DNA of 62,411 nt from a bacterium (GTDB taxonomy: Bacteria > Verrucomicrobiota > Verrucomicrobiia > JADLBR01 > JAIBCM01): contig JAIFLJ010000176.1 in assembly GCA_020049135.1 (NCBI GenBank), positions 1-62,411 on the forward strand. Direction: 5' to 3'. The notes beneath the pieces were generated by a model, which saw nothing but the letters and a program-made list of their open reading frames with translations, ran no database searches and was not told the origin of the DNA. Shown in pieces: positions 45,164 through 54,290 of the stretch (its first letter is position 1; the number at the start of each line of letters is the position of its first letter). A program made the position numbers and the translations under genes.

Positions 45164-46126
45164 ATGAAAAATATTTTTGTAAGGCATATTTCAGTGTTGT
45201 GTTGGGGCGGTTGCCTGCTGTCAGCCATTTTAGTTTTGCTTTATGGTTTTGTTTTTCATCGGGAGGAAAAACAAATACTTGTAGAGACACCTTCTCCAAT
45301 TCCGTTTTCGGCAGAAAAACTAGATGCCGAAACCATGTTCCGAAATGGCATGGCTTGTGCCCATGCGGGGAAGCGTGGGCAGGCATTGAAAGATGCTGTA
45401 AGCTGGCTCTGGCGGGCTGGGGCTAAAGGTCATGCAGAAGCCCAGTTCCAGCACGCTAAACTTGTTTGTGAAAGCGATATTTTTCCGAATAAGCGTGCGG
45501 CGGCGGTAGTTTTCTATGCAGCATCAATGGCGGGTCACAGAGGTGCATCGTTTCGACTAGGCGAACTTTATCTGAATGGCGGCAGGGGGTTCTTTGGCCC
45601 AGTCCAAGCTCTGTCGTGGTTTGAGATAGCGGTGCGCCGTGGGGATAGCTGCGCTATTCAGTTACGCGACGCCCTCTCGTGGCAGTTGGATGCTGACCAA
45701 GTGTCTCTAGCCATCCAAGTTGCTGATGCCGCTGAAAAAAAAATACCAGTAGATTGGGATAAAGAAAAAAAATTTGTTTTGCATGAAGACGGTTTCCCAT
45801 CTCTTTTGATAGAACACTTTTGGGAAATATGGTTTTCTAAAAAAGATTTGAGACACAATTTTTTTCAGCAATTTATTATTAGTGAAAAAAACATGGATGG
45901 CCAGAGGAGTCGTATAGAGTCTGTAATGATGGCAACACTCGCATTTTTTTCTGATTACCCTATAAGACCGAGCCAAGCGGTATTTGTCGTTTTTTCGTTC
46001 GAGCCAAGTAATGGCGGTCTCTGCGGGGAAACGGTCTTGCAAAAAGGCAGTTTTTCCATGAAAGTAAAAATGCGTTTGGATTGGGATAATAACAGAAGAC
46101 AATGGTTTGTTTCGGGTTTGCAGTAG
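45164..46126 (+). CDS. Membrane-anchored Sel1-like repeat protein with an unknown C-terminal domain
   Basis: N-terminal TM helix. Sel1-type repeats: AVSWLWRAGAKGHAEAQFQHAKL, FYAASMAGHRGASFRLGELYLNG and ALSWFEIAVRRGD. Confidence 0.6.
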   Translation: MKNIFVRHISVLCWGGCLLSAILVLLYGFVFHREEKQILVETPSPIPFSAEKLDAETMFRNGMACAHAGKRGQALKDAVSWLWRAGAKGHAEAQFQHAKLVCESDIFPNKRAAAVVFYAASMAGHRGASFRLGELYLNGGRGFFGPVQALSWFEIAVRRGDSCAIQLRDALSWQLDADQVSLAIQVADAAEKKIPVDWDKEKKFVLHEDGFPSLLIEHFWEIWFSKKDLRHNFFQQFIISEKNMDGQRSRIESVMMATLAFFSDYPIRPSQAVFVVFSFEPSNGGLCGETVLQKGSFSMKVKMRLDWDNNRRQWFVSGLQ

Positions 46127-46134
46127 GGGAACAC

Positions 46135-47037
46135 ATGGCTGAAAAAATAGTTTTACTGGGAGGGAACGGGTACATAGGTGCAGCGTTCCAGAAGTTTTTC
46201 AAAAAACAGGATATTGTTTTTTCCAGTCTCTCAAGGAAGGATGTGGAATATACGCATGGGGATGTTTTGCGGGATTTTTTAAAAACACATAAGCCGTCTT
46301 TTCTGGTCAATTGCGCTGGTTACTCGGGTAAACCAAATGTGGACGCCTGCGAATTGCACAAGGCTGAATGTCTTGCTGCCAATGCGGTTTTGCCAGGTGT
46401 GATTCGTAGAGTTTGCGAAGGGCTGGGATTGCCGTGGGCACACATCTCTTCTGGTTGCATTTACACAGGCGATCACGGCTGCGGTATGGGCTTTGCCGAA
46501 AACGATGCGCCTAACTTTTCGTTTCGCCATAATAATTGCAGTTTTTACAGCGGCACCAAAGCACTTGGCGAAGAGGTTCTTGATGGGGCAAGCGGCTGTT
46601 TTGTTTGGCGGCTCAGGATACCTTTCAACCACGAAGAAAACCCGAGAAACTACCTCATGAAAGTGATGGGTTACGATTGCCTTCTTGATGCACGCAATTC
46701 GCTTTCGCACTTAGACGAGTTCGTTTCCGCCTGCTGGCAGTGCTGGGAAAAAAGGGTTCCTTTCGGTGTTTACAACATGACCAATCCAGAATCTATCACC
46801 ACACGCGAAGTGGTCGCGCTAGTGGAAAAATCAGCTATTGGGGTTAGCCTCAAGGCTCGCGGCAAAACATTTCGCTTTTTTGAGAGCGAGGAAGATTTCA
46901 TGAAAAAAGCCGCCAAAACGCCTCGATCTAACTGCGTTTTAGACACACGCAAGCTCCAGTCGGTCGGTATCTGTATGACACCAGTTCGCGATGCGATAGA
47001 GCGTTCGCTGTCGCAATGGGGTAAATGCAAAATCTAA
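46135..47037 (+). CDS. NAD(P)-dependent SDR (RmlD-like sugar reductase/epimerase)
   Basis: KIVLLGGNGYIGAAF and YSGTKALGEE. Confidence 0.65.
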   Translation: MAEKIVLLGGNGYIGAAFQKFFKKQDIVFSSLSRKDVEYTHGDVLRDFLKTHKPSFLVNCAGYSGKPNVDACELHKAECLAANAVLPGVIRRVCEGLGLPWAHISSGCIYTGDHGCGMGFAENDAPNFSFRHNNCSFYSGTKALGEEVLDGASGCFVWRLRIPFNHEENPRNYLMKVMGYDCLLDARNSLSHLDEFVSACWQCWEKRVPFGVYNMTNPESITTREVVALVEKSAIGVSLKARGKTFRFFESEEDFMKKAAKTPRSNCVLDTRKLQSVGICMTPVRDAIERSLSQWGKCKI

Positions 47038-47069
47038 GTTTTGCCCGAACTCCGAAGTAGAGATGGGAG

Positions 47070-47116
47070 AGCAGACATTCGTGTCTGCTTCCAGAGTGTG
47101 CTTTTGCAAAGCAAAA
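47070..47116. terminator. Two hairpins in the convergent gap (bidirectional terminator candidates)
   Basis: AGCAGACA-ttcg-TGTCTGCT (47070-47089) and TTTTGC-aaa-GCAAAA (47102-47116). Confidence 0.45.
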
Positions 47117-47122
47117 ATGGCG

Positions 47123-48367
47123 TTACCGCCTATTTCGAGTGCCGCCAGCCACCCTGATTTTTCTTGCTGCACGCACGGCTGCTTCGGCCATGCCTTCATC
47201 AAATATGGTGCTCCATTTGTAGGTGAAGTCTTCCAGCTTGAGACGGGGCACTTTCTGGCTGATAAAATGTTCTATGGCTTTGATGTGCGGCAAATCTTCT
47301 GCTGTCACTAGCGTAAAAGCATCGCCCACATTTTGGGCACGCCCTGTCCGCCCGATCCGGTGGACATAATCCTCGGGGTGCTGAGGCACATCGTAATTGA
47401 CCACATGGCTCACACCAGCAATGTCAATGCCGCGAGCCGCTATATCTGTCGCCACCATGACTTCGTAACGCCCATTTTTAAAACCTTCCAGTGCTTCCAC
47501 GCGCTCATGCTGCGTCCTGTTTGAGTGTAGCACCGCCACGGAATGTCGCGCATGCTTGAGTTGGCTTGCGATGCGGTCAGCTCCATCTTTCGTCCTGCAA
47601 AAAATAAGGACGCTGTCAAAATCGGTTTTTACCAGTAACGCCTGCAAAAGATCGAACTTCTGATCATTCGCCACGGGGTAAAATGCGTGCGTTACAGTTT
47701 CCGCTGCGGAATGTCGCATGCCAATAGATATTTTTTCAGGCTCCCTGAGAGCCCAAGAAGCCAGACGGTCTATCTCATCAGGCACAGTGGCCGAGAAAAG
47801 AAGCGTTTGCCGTTCCTTAGGCGTCAATTCCACTATGCGCCGCACATCTGGCAAGAACCCCATGTCCAGCATCCGGTCAACCTCGTCCAGCACAAGAATC
47901 TGGATGCCGCTTAAACTCAACACTCCTTGGCTCACGAAATCCAGAAGCCGCCCGGGTGTGGCCACTAGGATGTCAGCCCCGCGTTTAATCGCTTCGCGCT
48001 GCGCTCCGTAGCCGACACCGCCGTAGATCAAAGCCACCTCCAAATCAGAGAAACGCCCGTAATCTCGGAAAGCCGTCTCTACCTGCATAGCAAGTTCTCG
48101 CGTGGGTTCTAGCACAAGGCATCTAGTCCCAGAATGTTTCTTCAAAAGCGTGAGTATAGGGAGGGCAAAAGCAGCCGTCTTGCCTGTGCCAGTCTGAGCA
48201 CTACCTATGAGATCGCGCCCCGAAATCACAACTGGAAAAGCCCGCAACTGGATCGGAGTAGGGTCAAGAAAACCCATTGACTGAGCACCGTGAACTACAT
48301 CCTCCGACAAACCAAGACCTTGAAATGACATCTTTGGCCAGTCTGCATGGGGCAATGCAGTTGTCAA
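47123..48367 (-). CDS. DEAD-box ATP-dependent RNA helicase (RhlE-like)
   Basis: AQTGTGKTAAF (motif I), VLDEVDRMLDMGF (motif II reads DEVD), SAT and HRIGRTGRAQ (motif VI). Confidence 0.9.
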   Translation of the reverse strand: MTTALPHADWPKMSFQGLGLSEDVVHGAQSMGFLDPTPIQLRAFPVVISGRDLIGSAQTGTGKTAAFALPILTLLKKHSGTRCLVLEPTRELAMQVETAFRDYGRFSDLEVALIYGGVGYGAQREAIKRGADILVATPGRLLDFVSQGVLSLSGIQILVLDEVDRMLDMGFLPDVRRIVELTPKERQTLLFSATVPDEIDRLASWALREPEKISIGMRHSAAETVTHAFYPVANDQKFDLLQALLVKTDFDSVLIFCRTKDGADRIASQLKHARHSVAVLHSNRTQHERVEALEGFKNGRYEVMVATDIAARGIDIAGVSHVVNYDVPQHPEDYVHRIGRTGRAQNVGDAFTLVTAEDLPHIKAIEHFISQKVPRLKLEDFTYKWSTIFDEGMAEAAVRAARKIRVAGGTRNRR

Positions 48368-48566
48368 CTCCTGACACCAGCAGAAGCACTAGGCAAGCAG
48401 GCGTCTTCCGTTTTTAGCCCATTACCACTTGTCACTTCCTCCCTTGGCAGCAGCTTCGCCAGATTAAGATTATCAGATGATATTCGCTGCCTGCATAATA
48501 CGAAAAAGACTTTTCCAGCTCAAAACAATCCTTGACCCGCTGCTTTTGCAATGTGTAAATGCCTAT

Positions 48567-49031
48567 ATGAGCAAAAGCAGCGGCTTTGCAGAAAGCCCCG
48601 TAGTTTATGCGAAACCTAGTTCGGTCTGTTTCGCTGAAAAATTGTCTTGGGGCGTCAGTTTCATAGGTTTTTTAGGAGCGTCAGGACTCGGTTCATGGGC
48701 GTATCTACAATCTGACTGGAAGCTCGTCGCTGCCGCTGGTGGAGTTGCATTCCTCTCACTGCTTGCAGGTTTTTTTCTGTTTCTTTTGAGCCAATTGCTC
48801 GACATGCAAGCCCGCATGTTAAATTACAGCGAACGCCTGTTTTTGCTTACAAAACTCGAACTTTCCAACATCCAAGACCCACTCGAACATCTCAGGCAGT
48901 CGCAGGAAGGGCTCTTGGCCGAACTGGCGGAAATAAAGGCTGGGCCGCTGCAACAGCTATATTGGCTGGGTGCAAACCGGACTGCGGCAATGGAAGAAGA
49001 ACTCGAACAACACCCAGTAACGCACGCCTGA
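48567..49031 (+). CDS. Hypothetical membrane protein (2 TM + coiled-coil tail)
   Basis: Hydrophobic segments VSFIGFLGASGLGSWAYL and VAAAGGVAFLSLLAGFFLFLL. No known motif. Confidence 0.4.
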   Translation: MSKSSGFAESPVVYAKPSSVCFAEKLSWGVSFIGFLGASGLGSWAYLQSDWKLVAAAGGVAFLSLLAGFFLFLLSQLLDMQARMLNYSERLFLLTKLELSNIQDPLEHLRQSQEGLLAELAEIKAGPLQQLYWLGANRTAAMEEELEQHPVTHA

Positions 49032-49059
49032 CACACTCAAAAACACGAGAGTTGATACT

Positions 49060-49503
49060 ATGGAGCCAGCAAGCCAGATAACCTCTATACTACAAGCATC
49101 CATCGCCCCTGTTTCAATGATATCTGGCATCGGGCTGCTGCTCCTTTCTATGTCCAACCGGTACGGACGAGCTATAGACCGCGCCAGAATCCTTTCGGCA
49201 ACACACGATAAAATGGACGAGGCTCACCGCTGTTCCTGCCAGAAGCAAATACGGATGCTTTATGAGCGATGCCACATATTGAGGGGCGTTATCACGCTTG
49301 CGTCATCCAGTATTTTTTTGGTGAGCCTGACGATACTTTTCCTTTTTTTGACGCACTACTTCAAAATGCCCCTCGGCAGCTATATTGCTGCGAGCTTCGT
49401 GGGCAGCATGGTTTGTTTGGTGGCATCCATGGTGCTGTTTATAAAAGACATCAGTATTTCCCTGAAAGCTCTAAAAGAAGAACTGGATTCGTTCATCAAA
49501 TAG
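49060..49503 (+). CDS. DUF2721-like membrane protein
   Basis: SIAPVSMISGIGLLLLSMSNRYGRAIDRARIL followed by two more TM segments. The family assignment is from memory. Confidence 0.45.
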   Translation: MEPASQITSILQASIAPVSMISGIGLLLLSMSNRYGRAIDRARILSATHDKMDEAHRCSCQKQIRMLYERCHILRGVITLASSSIFLVSLTILFLFLTHYFKMPLGSYIAASFVGSMVCLVASMVLFIKDISISLKALKEELDSFIK

Positions 49504-49809
49504 TTCCGATTGCGCGACCCCATCTGCCTCGCGATATTGGAACAGACGATCCGTGGTGGTGATGATATTTTCGATCTCTGAGCTGGCCTGCGCTTCCAGC
49601 AGAGGCAGGGTGTTGATCAAGACACCTTGGTTGGGAATCAATTCCGCCGCATGTTTCAATTCCGCCAAAGCCGCCCGCGCAGGGATGCACTGCTTGAGCA
49701 GCTTGCGCGTCTCCAAGTCAACCTTCGGCGGCAAGAGAGGCAGCGCATTAAACGGCGCGTCAGGATGCCATGCACATAAACATTGAGGAGATTTGTTAAT
49801 GGATGTCAT
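49471..49809 (-). pseudogene. Truncated Fic-family gene (Fic_N region only)
   Basis: PFNALPLLPPKVDLETRKLLKQCIPARAALAELKHAAELIPNQGVLINTLPLLEAQASSEIENIITTTDRLFQ is the conserved Fic N-terminal domain. The HxFx(D/E)GNGR core is absent, and the 3' end overlaps the convergent gene. Confidence 0.6.
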
Positions 49810-50127
49810 GACGGGAGGTTGTATCGAACCATTCGACATGTCAACCAAACATGTCGACAAAACAGCCATTCTTCGACGCTTTATCCAAACATGTCTAAAC
49901 TGGCGACACGGCATGGTAGCTGCTCTACAATTTCACAACTCTCCCGTGAAGACTTGGCGCAACAACAGCCACACCTTCTTCATTGCAGCACCTTTCGGAT
50001 GGGAAGTAGGGGTGAGAGGGGTGTCATGGGAGTTATGATTATTGGCTTTTCGCATGATTCCCATAGCTCCCATTAATCCAGATTTTGCATCGGCCTTAAT
50101 CTGTGGCCGAAAATCTTCCCTCTCTGA

Positions 50128-51165
50128 TTAAATTATTTCTATGGCGCGAATCCACCCGCTTTCCGTCCCTATCACCAATATTTTGTCATCCGCGCTCCAG
50201 CGCAAAACTGTTCCGCCAGAACCCAGTTTACCGTGAAAAAGAGGTGCTGGCGGACGCCCTGACACCTGCGTGCGCCAGACGGCAAAAAAACCGCCCTCGT
50301 CCACGCTGGCTAGAGAAGAGCCGCTGTGCTGGAAAGCCTGATCGCGAACAGTGCGCTCGTGCCAGGCGAGCATGAGCGGTGCAGTTCCTTCTGGCCCTTT
50401 CCCCGAACAGTCCCACACGGCCACTTCTGCTCCGCCGTTTGTGGCCAGATACCGCCCAGAGCTATCCCACGACAGACGCGTGACCTTGCTCTCGTAGCCG
50501 CGCATGTGCGCCTCCGTTGACCCGCGCAAGTTCCAGACATGGATGGAATTATCTTGGTGACCAGTCATCATCCATTTCCCATCGGGGCTGCACGATAGAA
50601 CAAGGACACCGTTCGGGAGTTTGCGCCTGCCTGACACGACACCGTTTTCCGCATCCAATACAAGCGCGTTTCCAGAACAAACTGAGACCAGTTCCCTTTT
50701 ATCAAAAGGCGGGAGCCACGCGATATCTGAGACGGTGGCCACACTGTCTTCAAACGCCCTGACCTGTGCCCCATTCGCATCCCACAACCTAAGCTTTTTC
50801 CCTGCGATAGATACAAGCTCGTAAAAACCAGTCTTCGGGTTCGGCACAGGATGCCACGCCAGTTGGGTGACCCACGGAGCACCGCCTGGGCATCGCCCCA
50901 ATTCCTCACCGCTGGAAGGCGACCAAAATTTAATCTGTCCGTCCTGCCCACCGCTCGCCAGCACTTTTCCGTCTGGCGAATAGGCCACAACATGAGCACC
51001 CAAGGCGTGTCCCTTGAGCGCGTGTTTTTGTTCGCCTGTGGCAGCGTCAAAAATGGCTATCTGCCCAGTGGCAGCAGCAGCAGCAGCCCACTGGCTGCCG
51101 TCTGGCGACTCTTTCAAATCCACAACATATTCGCCAAGATTGGCAGACCAGATTAGCTTTGGCAT
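50128..51165 (-). CDS. WD40 beta-propeller protein
   Basis: Repeats such as GHALGAHVVAYSPDGKVLASGGQDGQIKFWS, TGHQDNSIHVWNL and ATNGGAEVAVWD. Confidence 0.75.
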   Translation of the reverse strand: MPKLIWSANLGEYVVDLKESPDGSQWAAAAAATGQIAIFDAATGEQKHALKGHALGAHVVAYSPDGKVLASGGQDGQIKFWSPSSGEELGRCPGGAPWVTQLAWHPVPNPKTGFYELVSIAGKKLRLWDANGAQVRAFEDSVATVSDIAWLPPFDKRELVSVCSGNALVLDAENGVVSGRRKLPNGVLVLSCSPDGKWMMTGHQDNSIHVWNLRGSTEAHMRGYESKVTRLSWDSSGRYLATNGGAEVAVWDCSGKGPEGTAPLMLAWHERTVRDQAFQHSGSSLASVDEGGFFAVWRTQVSGRPPAPLFHGKLGSGGTVLRWSADDKILVIGTESGWIRAIEII

Positions 51166-51190
51166 AAAAATATCCCTTTGAGAAAAGGCG

Positions 51191-52600
51191 TCAGGCCATA
51201 CAAGCCGTAAATCCTGCCTTGAGTGCCTGTCTATCCAGTTTGCGCCCGATAAAAACCAGCGCGTTGTGGCGCGGCGACTTTCCCCACGGCCTGTCTAATT
51301 TCGCCTCGAAAGTCATGTGGACACCTTGAAAAATAAGTCTTTCATCCTTGCCACGCACCGAAAGTACGCCCTTCATCCTGAAAATGTCGGCACCTTTTTC
51401 TTGGAGTAGACGCCCCATCCAAGCGGTTACTTTTTCCTCGTCCAGATCGCCATCCAGAGAAAGACCCACCGAAGATATGTCTCCAGAGTGGTGATGCACA
51501 GGCTTGAATGAGCGGCTTTCTTCAGGCTCCACTTCTTTCTCGCCGACTGAGATTCGTAGATCGCAAGACTCTGGTGAGAGAGATGTGAAAAGTGCGTAAC
51601 ACCCTTCCTCTCCCACCTCTAAAAAAGAGCTGCCGCGATGGGCTTTTAAATCAAGGGAACGCAATTTTTTGTCGGGCAAAAAAAAGACATTATTGGCTAC
51701 GGGCACAGCTTTTTCAGAGCTAAATAAAGCCCTCGCATCAGCGGCGGCTTTATCAGGAAAATCTGGCGACCATGCCGATGCCACGGGGAAAGCTGCCAAT
51801 AGAAATTCGCTCGGCATTTCGTGCTCGCTCGTGGCTCCATGCACTTGCTCTGGATGGCCGTTGCAGGAGCATCCGTGCCCGCTGTGAAAAGAGATTTTAG
51901 CATGACCTTCAGGCAAATGGAAAACGCCCCCCCATGCAAACGGCTGCTCTGGTTCCAAAAATGCGGGGTGTATTTCAAGCGTGTGGTCAAGGTTGAAGCC
52001 GCCTACGCGCCAAACTTTTTCCACAGGGACATCTGCTCTAACGCAACGGTAGATAGTGGCAGGAGCATTAATGCAATGGATTTTACCCTCTAGCTCTTCC
52101 ACTTCTTGACTGGAAACCATATCTATTTTGTTGAGCAAAATGCGGTCGGCAAAAGCTATTTGCTCACGAGCCTCGGGGGCATCGTCCAAATGCTGTAAAA
52201 GGTGGAGTGCATCCACTACCGTAACGATGCCATCTAGGCAAAACTGGTTCTTCAAATCATCGTCCATAAAAAATGTCTGCGCAATCGGGCCAGGATCAGC
52301 CAAGCCAGTCGTCTCAATCAATATGCGGTCGAATTTGTCCCGTCGTTTCGCTATATGACCGAGCGTGCGGATCAGGTCGCCACGGACAGTGCAGCAGAGG
52401 CATCCGTTGTTCATCTCGAAAATCTCTTCGTCCGTCTGAACCACCAACTCGTGGTCAATGCTTATCTCGCCAAACTCATTTTCAATGATGGCGATCCGGT
52501 GTCCGTGTTTTTCGGAGAGCATCCGGTTCAAAAGCGTAGTCTTCCCTGAGCCCAAAAAGCCAGTGATCACCGTTACAGGAATACGCGATTCAGATTTCAT
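51191..52600 (-). CDS. COG0523 (CobW/Zng1/ZigA-type) metallochaperone GTPase with an enlarged linker
   Basis: VITGFLGSGKTTLLN (P-loop), the CLCCTVRGDL (CxCC) motif and a C-terminal CobW_C-like domain (GADIFRMKGVLSV). A ~160-aa insertion contains HSGHGCSCNGHPEQVHGATSEHE. Confidence 0.85.
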   Translation of the reverse strand: MKSESRIPVTVITGFLGSGKTTLLNRMLSEKHGHRIAIIENEFGEISIDHELVVQTDEEIFEMNNGCLCCTVRGDLIRTLGHIAKRRDKFDRILIETTGLADPGPIAQTFFMDDDLKNQFCLDGIVTVVDALHLLQHLDDAPEAREQIAFADRILLNKIDMVSSQEVEELEGKIHCINAPATIYRCVRADVPVEKVWRVGGFNLDHTLEIHPAFLEPEQPFAWGGVFHLPEGHAKISFHSGHGCSCNGHPEQVHGATSEHEMPSEFLLAAFPVASAWSPDFPDKAAADARALFSSEKAVPVANNVFFLPDKKLRSLDLKAHRGSSFLEVGEEGCYALFTSLSPESCDLRISVGEKEVEPEESRSFKPVHHHSGDISSVGLSLDGDLDEEKVTAWMGRLLQEKGADIFRMKGVLSVRGKDERLIFQGVHMTFEAKLDRPWGKSPRHNALVFIGRKLDRQALKAGFTACMA

Positions 52601-52658
52601 AAAAACAGGTTAGCCCTATATCTGCGGACTGTTAAGCAAGAAAAGTTTTCATGTCCTA

Positions 52659-54281
52659 TCACCTTATGCACGAGCTGAAAAAATCGTTCCCCTTATCGTC
52701 CACCAAAATGAATGCTGGAAATTTTTCCACCTCTATTTTCCAGACCGCCTCCATGCCGAGTTCGGGATATTCTAGGCACTCAACTTTTTTGATGTGGTCT
52801 CTGGCCAAAATCGCTGCTGGCCCGCCTATGGAGCCGAGATAAAAGCCGCCATATTTTTGGCAGGCTTCCGTCACTTGCTTGCTGCGGTTCCCTTTGGCTA
52901 TCATCACGAGTGATGCCCCGTGCGACTGCAACTCGGTGACATAAGAATCCATCCTCCCGGCTGTCGTAGGTCCGAACGAACCCGATGCCATACCTTCTGG
53001 TCTCTTCGCTGGCCCAGCGTAATAGACTGGATGCTGCATGAGATAATCTGGGAGCCCGTCGCCACGATCCAGCCGCTCTTTCCATTTCGCATGAGCCATG
53101 TCTCTAGCCACGATCAGTGTGCCTGTCAGTGAAAGTTGTGTGGTGATAGTGTAACGGGATAATTCAGATAACACTTCGGTCATCGGGCGATCCAAATTCA
53201 CCTCAATACCGCCACCGCTTTCAGTCCTGTATTTCTCTGGAATAAATCTGCCTGGATTACTTTCCAACTCTTCTAGCCAAATGCCTTCACGATTGATTTT
53301 TGCAAATATGTTCCTGTCTGCGGAGCATGAGACGCCGACACCGACAGGGCACGAAGCACCGTGGCGCGGCAACCGAATCACGCGAACATCAAGAGCGAAA
53401 TATTTGCCGCCAAACTGTGCTCCTATCCCGCACTCGCAGGCCATTTTCAACACTTTCTCTTCCCAAACCTTGTCGCGGAAGGCTTGCCCCCATTCATTGC
53501 CGTGGTCTGGCAGTCCGTCGAGCCATTTGGCCGAAGCCAGCTTGACAGTTTTGAGACACGCCTCGGCTGAAGTTCCACCCACCACAAAAACCAAGTGGTA
53601 AGGCGGGCAAGCGGCAGTCCCGAGAAGCCTTATTTTCTCTCTGAAAAATTTTTCTAAGCTGGCTGTGTTCAATAGCGCGCGAGTTTCTTGGAAAAGAAAT
53701 GTTTTATTGGCCGACCCGCCACCTTTGGCTTGGAATAAAAACTCAAACTCCCCGCCTTCTGAGGCATAAATATCTATCTGCGCGGGCAGGTTATTTCCCG
53801 AATTTATTTCATCCTCCATCGTCAGCGGAACAGTCTGCGAATAGCGCAGGTTTTCCCCAGTGTAAGCTTGGTGTATCCCGAGAGAAAGGGTCTCTGCATC
53901 TCTGCCGTCAGTCCAGACCAGATGCCCTTTTTTTCCGAAAACTATGGCTGTGCCAGTGTCTTGGCAAAACGGCAGTATCCCTTTCGCCGCAACCTCAGCG
54001 TTTTTGAGCATGGCGAGGGCGACGCCACAGTCGTTTTTCGATGCTTCTGGATCATCAAGTATAGCGGCCACTTGCTGTAGGTGCCCTCCCCTCAGCAAAA
54101 AAGAGACATCCCGCATGGCCGTTCTTGCTAGAAGTGTCAGCCCTTCTGGGGCGACCGTTAAAATCTCGCGCCCTTCGAAATATGCAGTCGAAACAAAATC
54201 ACTCGAGAGAAGGCGGAGCGGGAACACCAATTTTTTTTCAATCTGAAACGGGTCGTGGTACTCAAAAGTTGGAGAAGGCAT
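52659..54281 (-). CDS. fumA: Class I (Fe-S) fumarate hydratase
   Basis: Near-collinear with E. coli FumA as I remember it: [62 protein letters not shown] and [11 protein letters not shown]. Confidence 0.93.
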   Translation of the reverse strand: MPSPTFEYHDPFQIEKKLVFPLRLLSSDFVSTAYFEGREILTVAPEGLTLLARTAMRDVSFLLRGGHLQQVAAILDDPEASKNDCGVALAMLKNAEVAAKGILPFCQDTGTAIVFGKKGHLVWTDGRDAETLSLGIHQAYTGENLRYSQTVPLTMEDEINSGNNLPAQIDIYASEGGEFEFLFQAKGGGSANKTFLFQETRALLNTASLEKFFREKIRLLGTAACPPYHLVFVVGGTSAEACLKTVKLASAKWLDGLPDHGNEWGQAFRDKVWEEKVLKMACECGIGAQFGGKYFALDVRVIRLPRHGASCPVGVGVSCSADRNIFAKINREGIWLEELESNPGRFIPEKYRTESGGGIEVNLDRPMTEVLSELSRYTITTQLSLTGTLIVARDMAHAKWKERLDRGDGLPDYLMQHPVYYAGPAKRPEGMASGSFGPTTAGRMDSYVTELQSHGASLVMIAKGNRSKQVTEACQKYGGFYLGSIGGPAAILARDHIKKVECLEYPELGMEAVWKIEVEKFPAFILVDDKGNDFFSSCIR

Positions 54282-54290
54282 GTTTAATCC

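Noticed and set aside
44347-45228. 293-aa ORF on the minus strand spanning almost the whole GT2 gene 44281..45129
   Set aside because: The plus-strand product has unmistakable GT2 motifs (SIIIPLYN, LVDDGSTDGT). The antisense product is Arg/Pro/Val-rich with no motif, so it is a shadow ORF.
45502-45509. GGCGGTAG, the core of the RfaH ops/JUMPstart element
   Set aside because: It lies inside the Sel1-repeat CDS rather than in a 5' leader. The following bases (TTTT) do not match the ops consensus, so it is likely chance.
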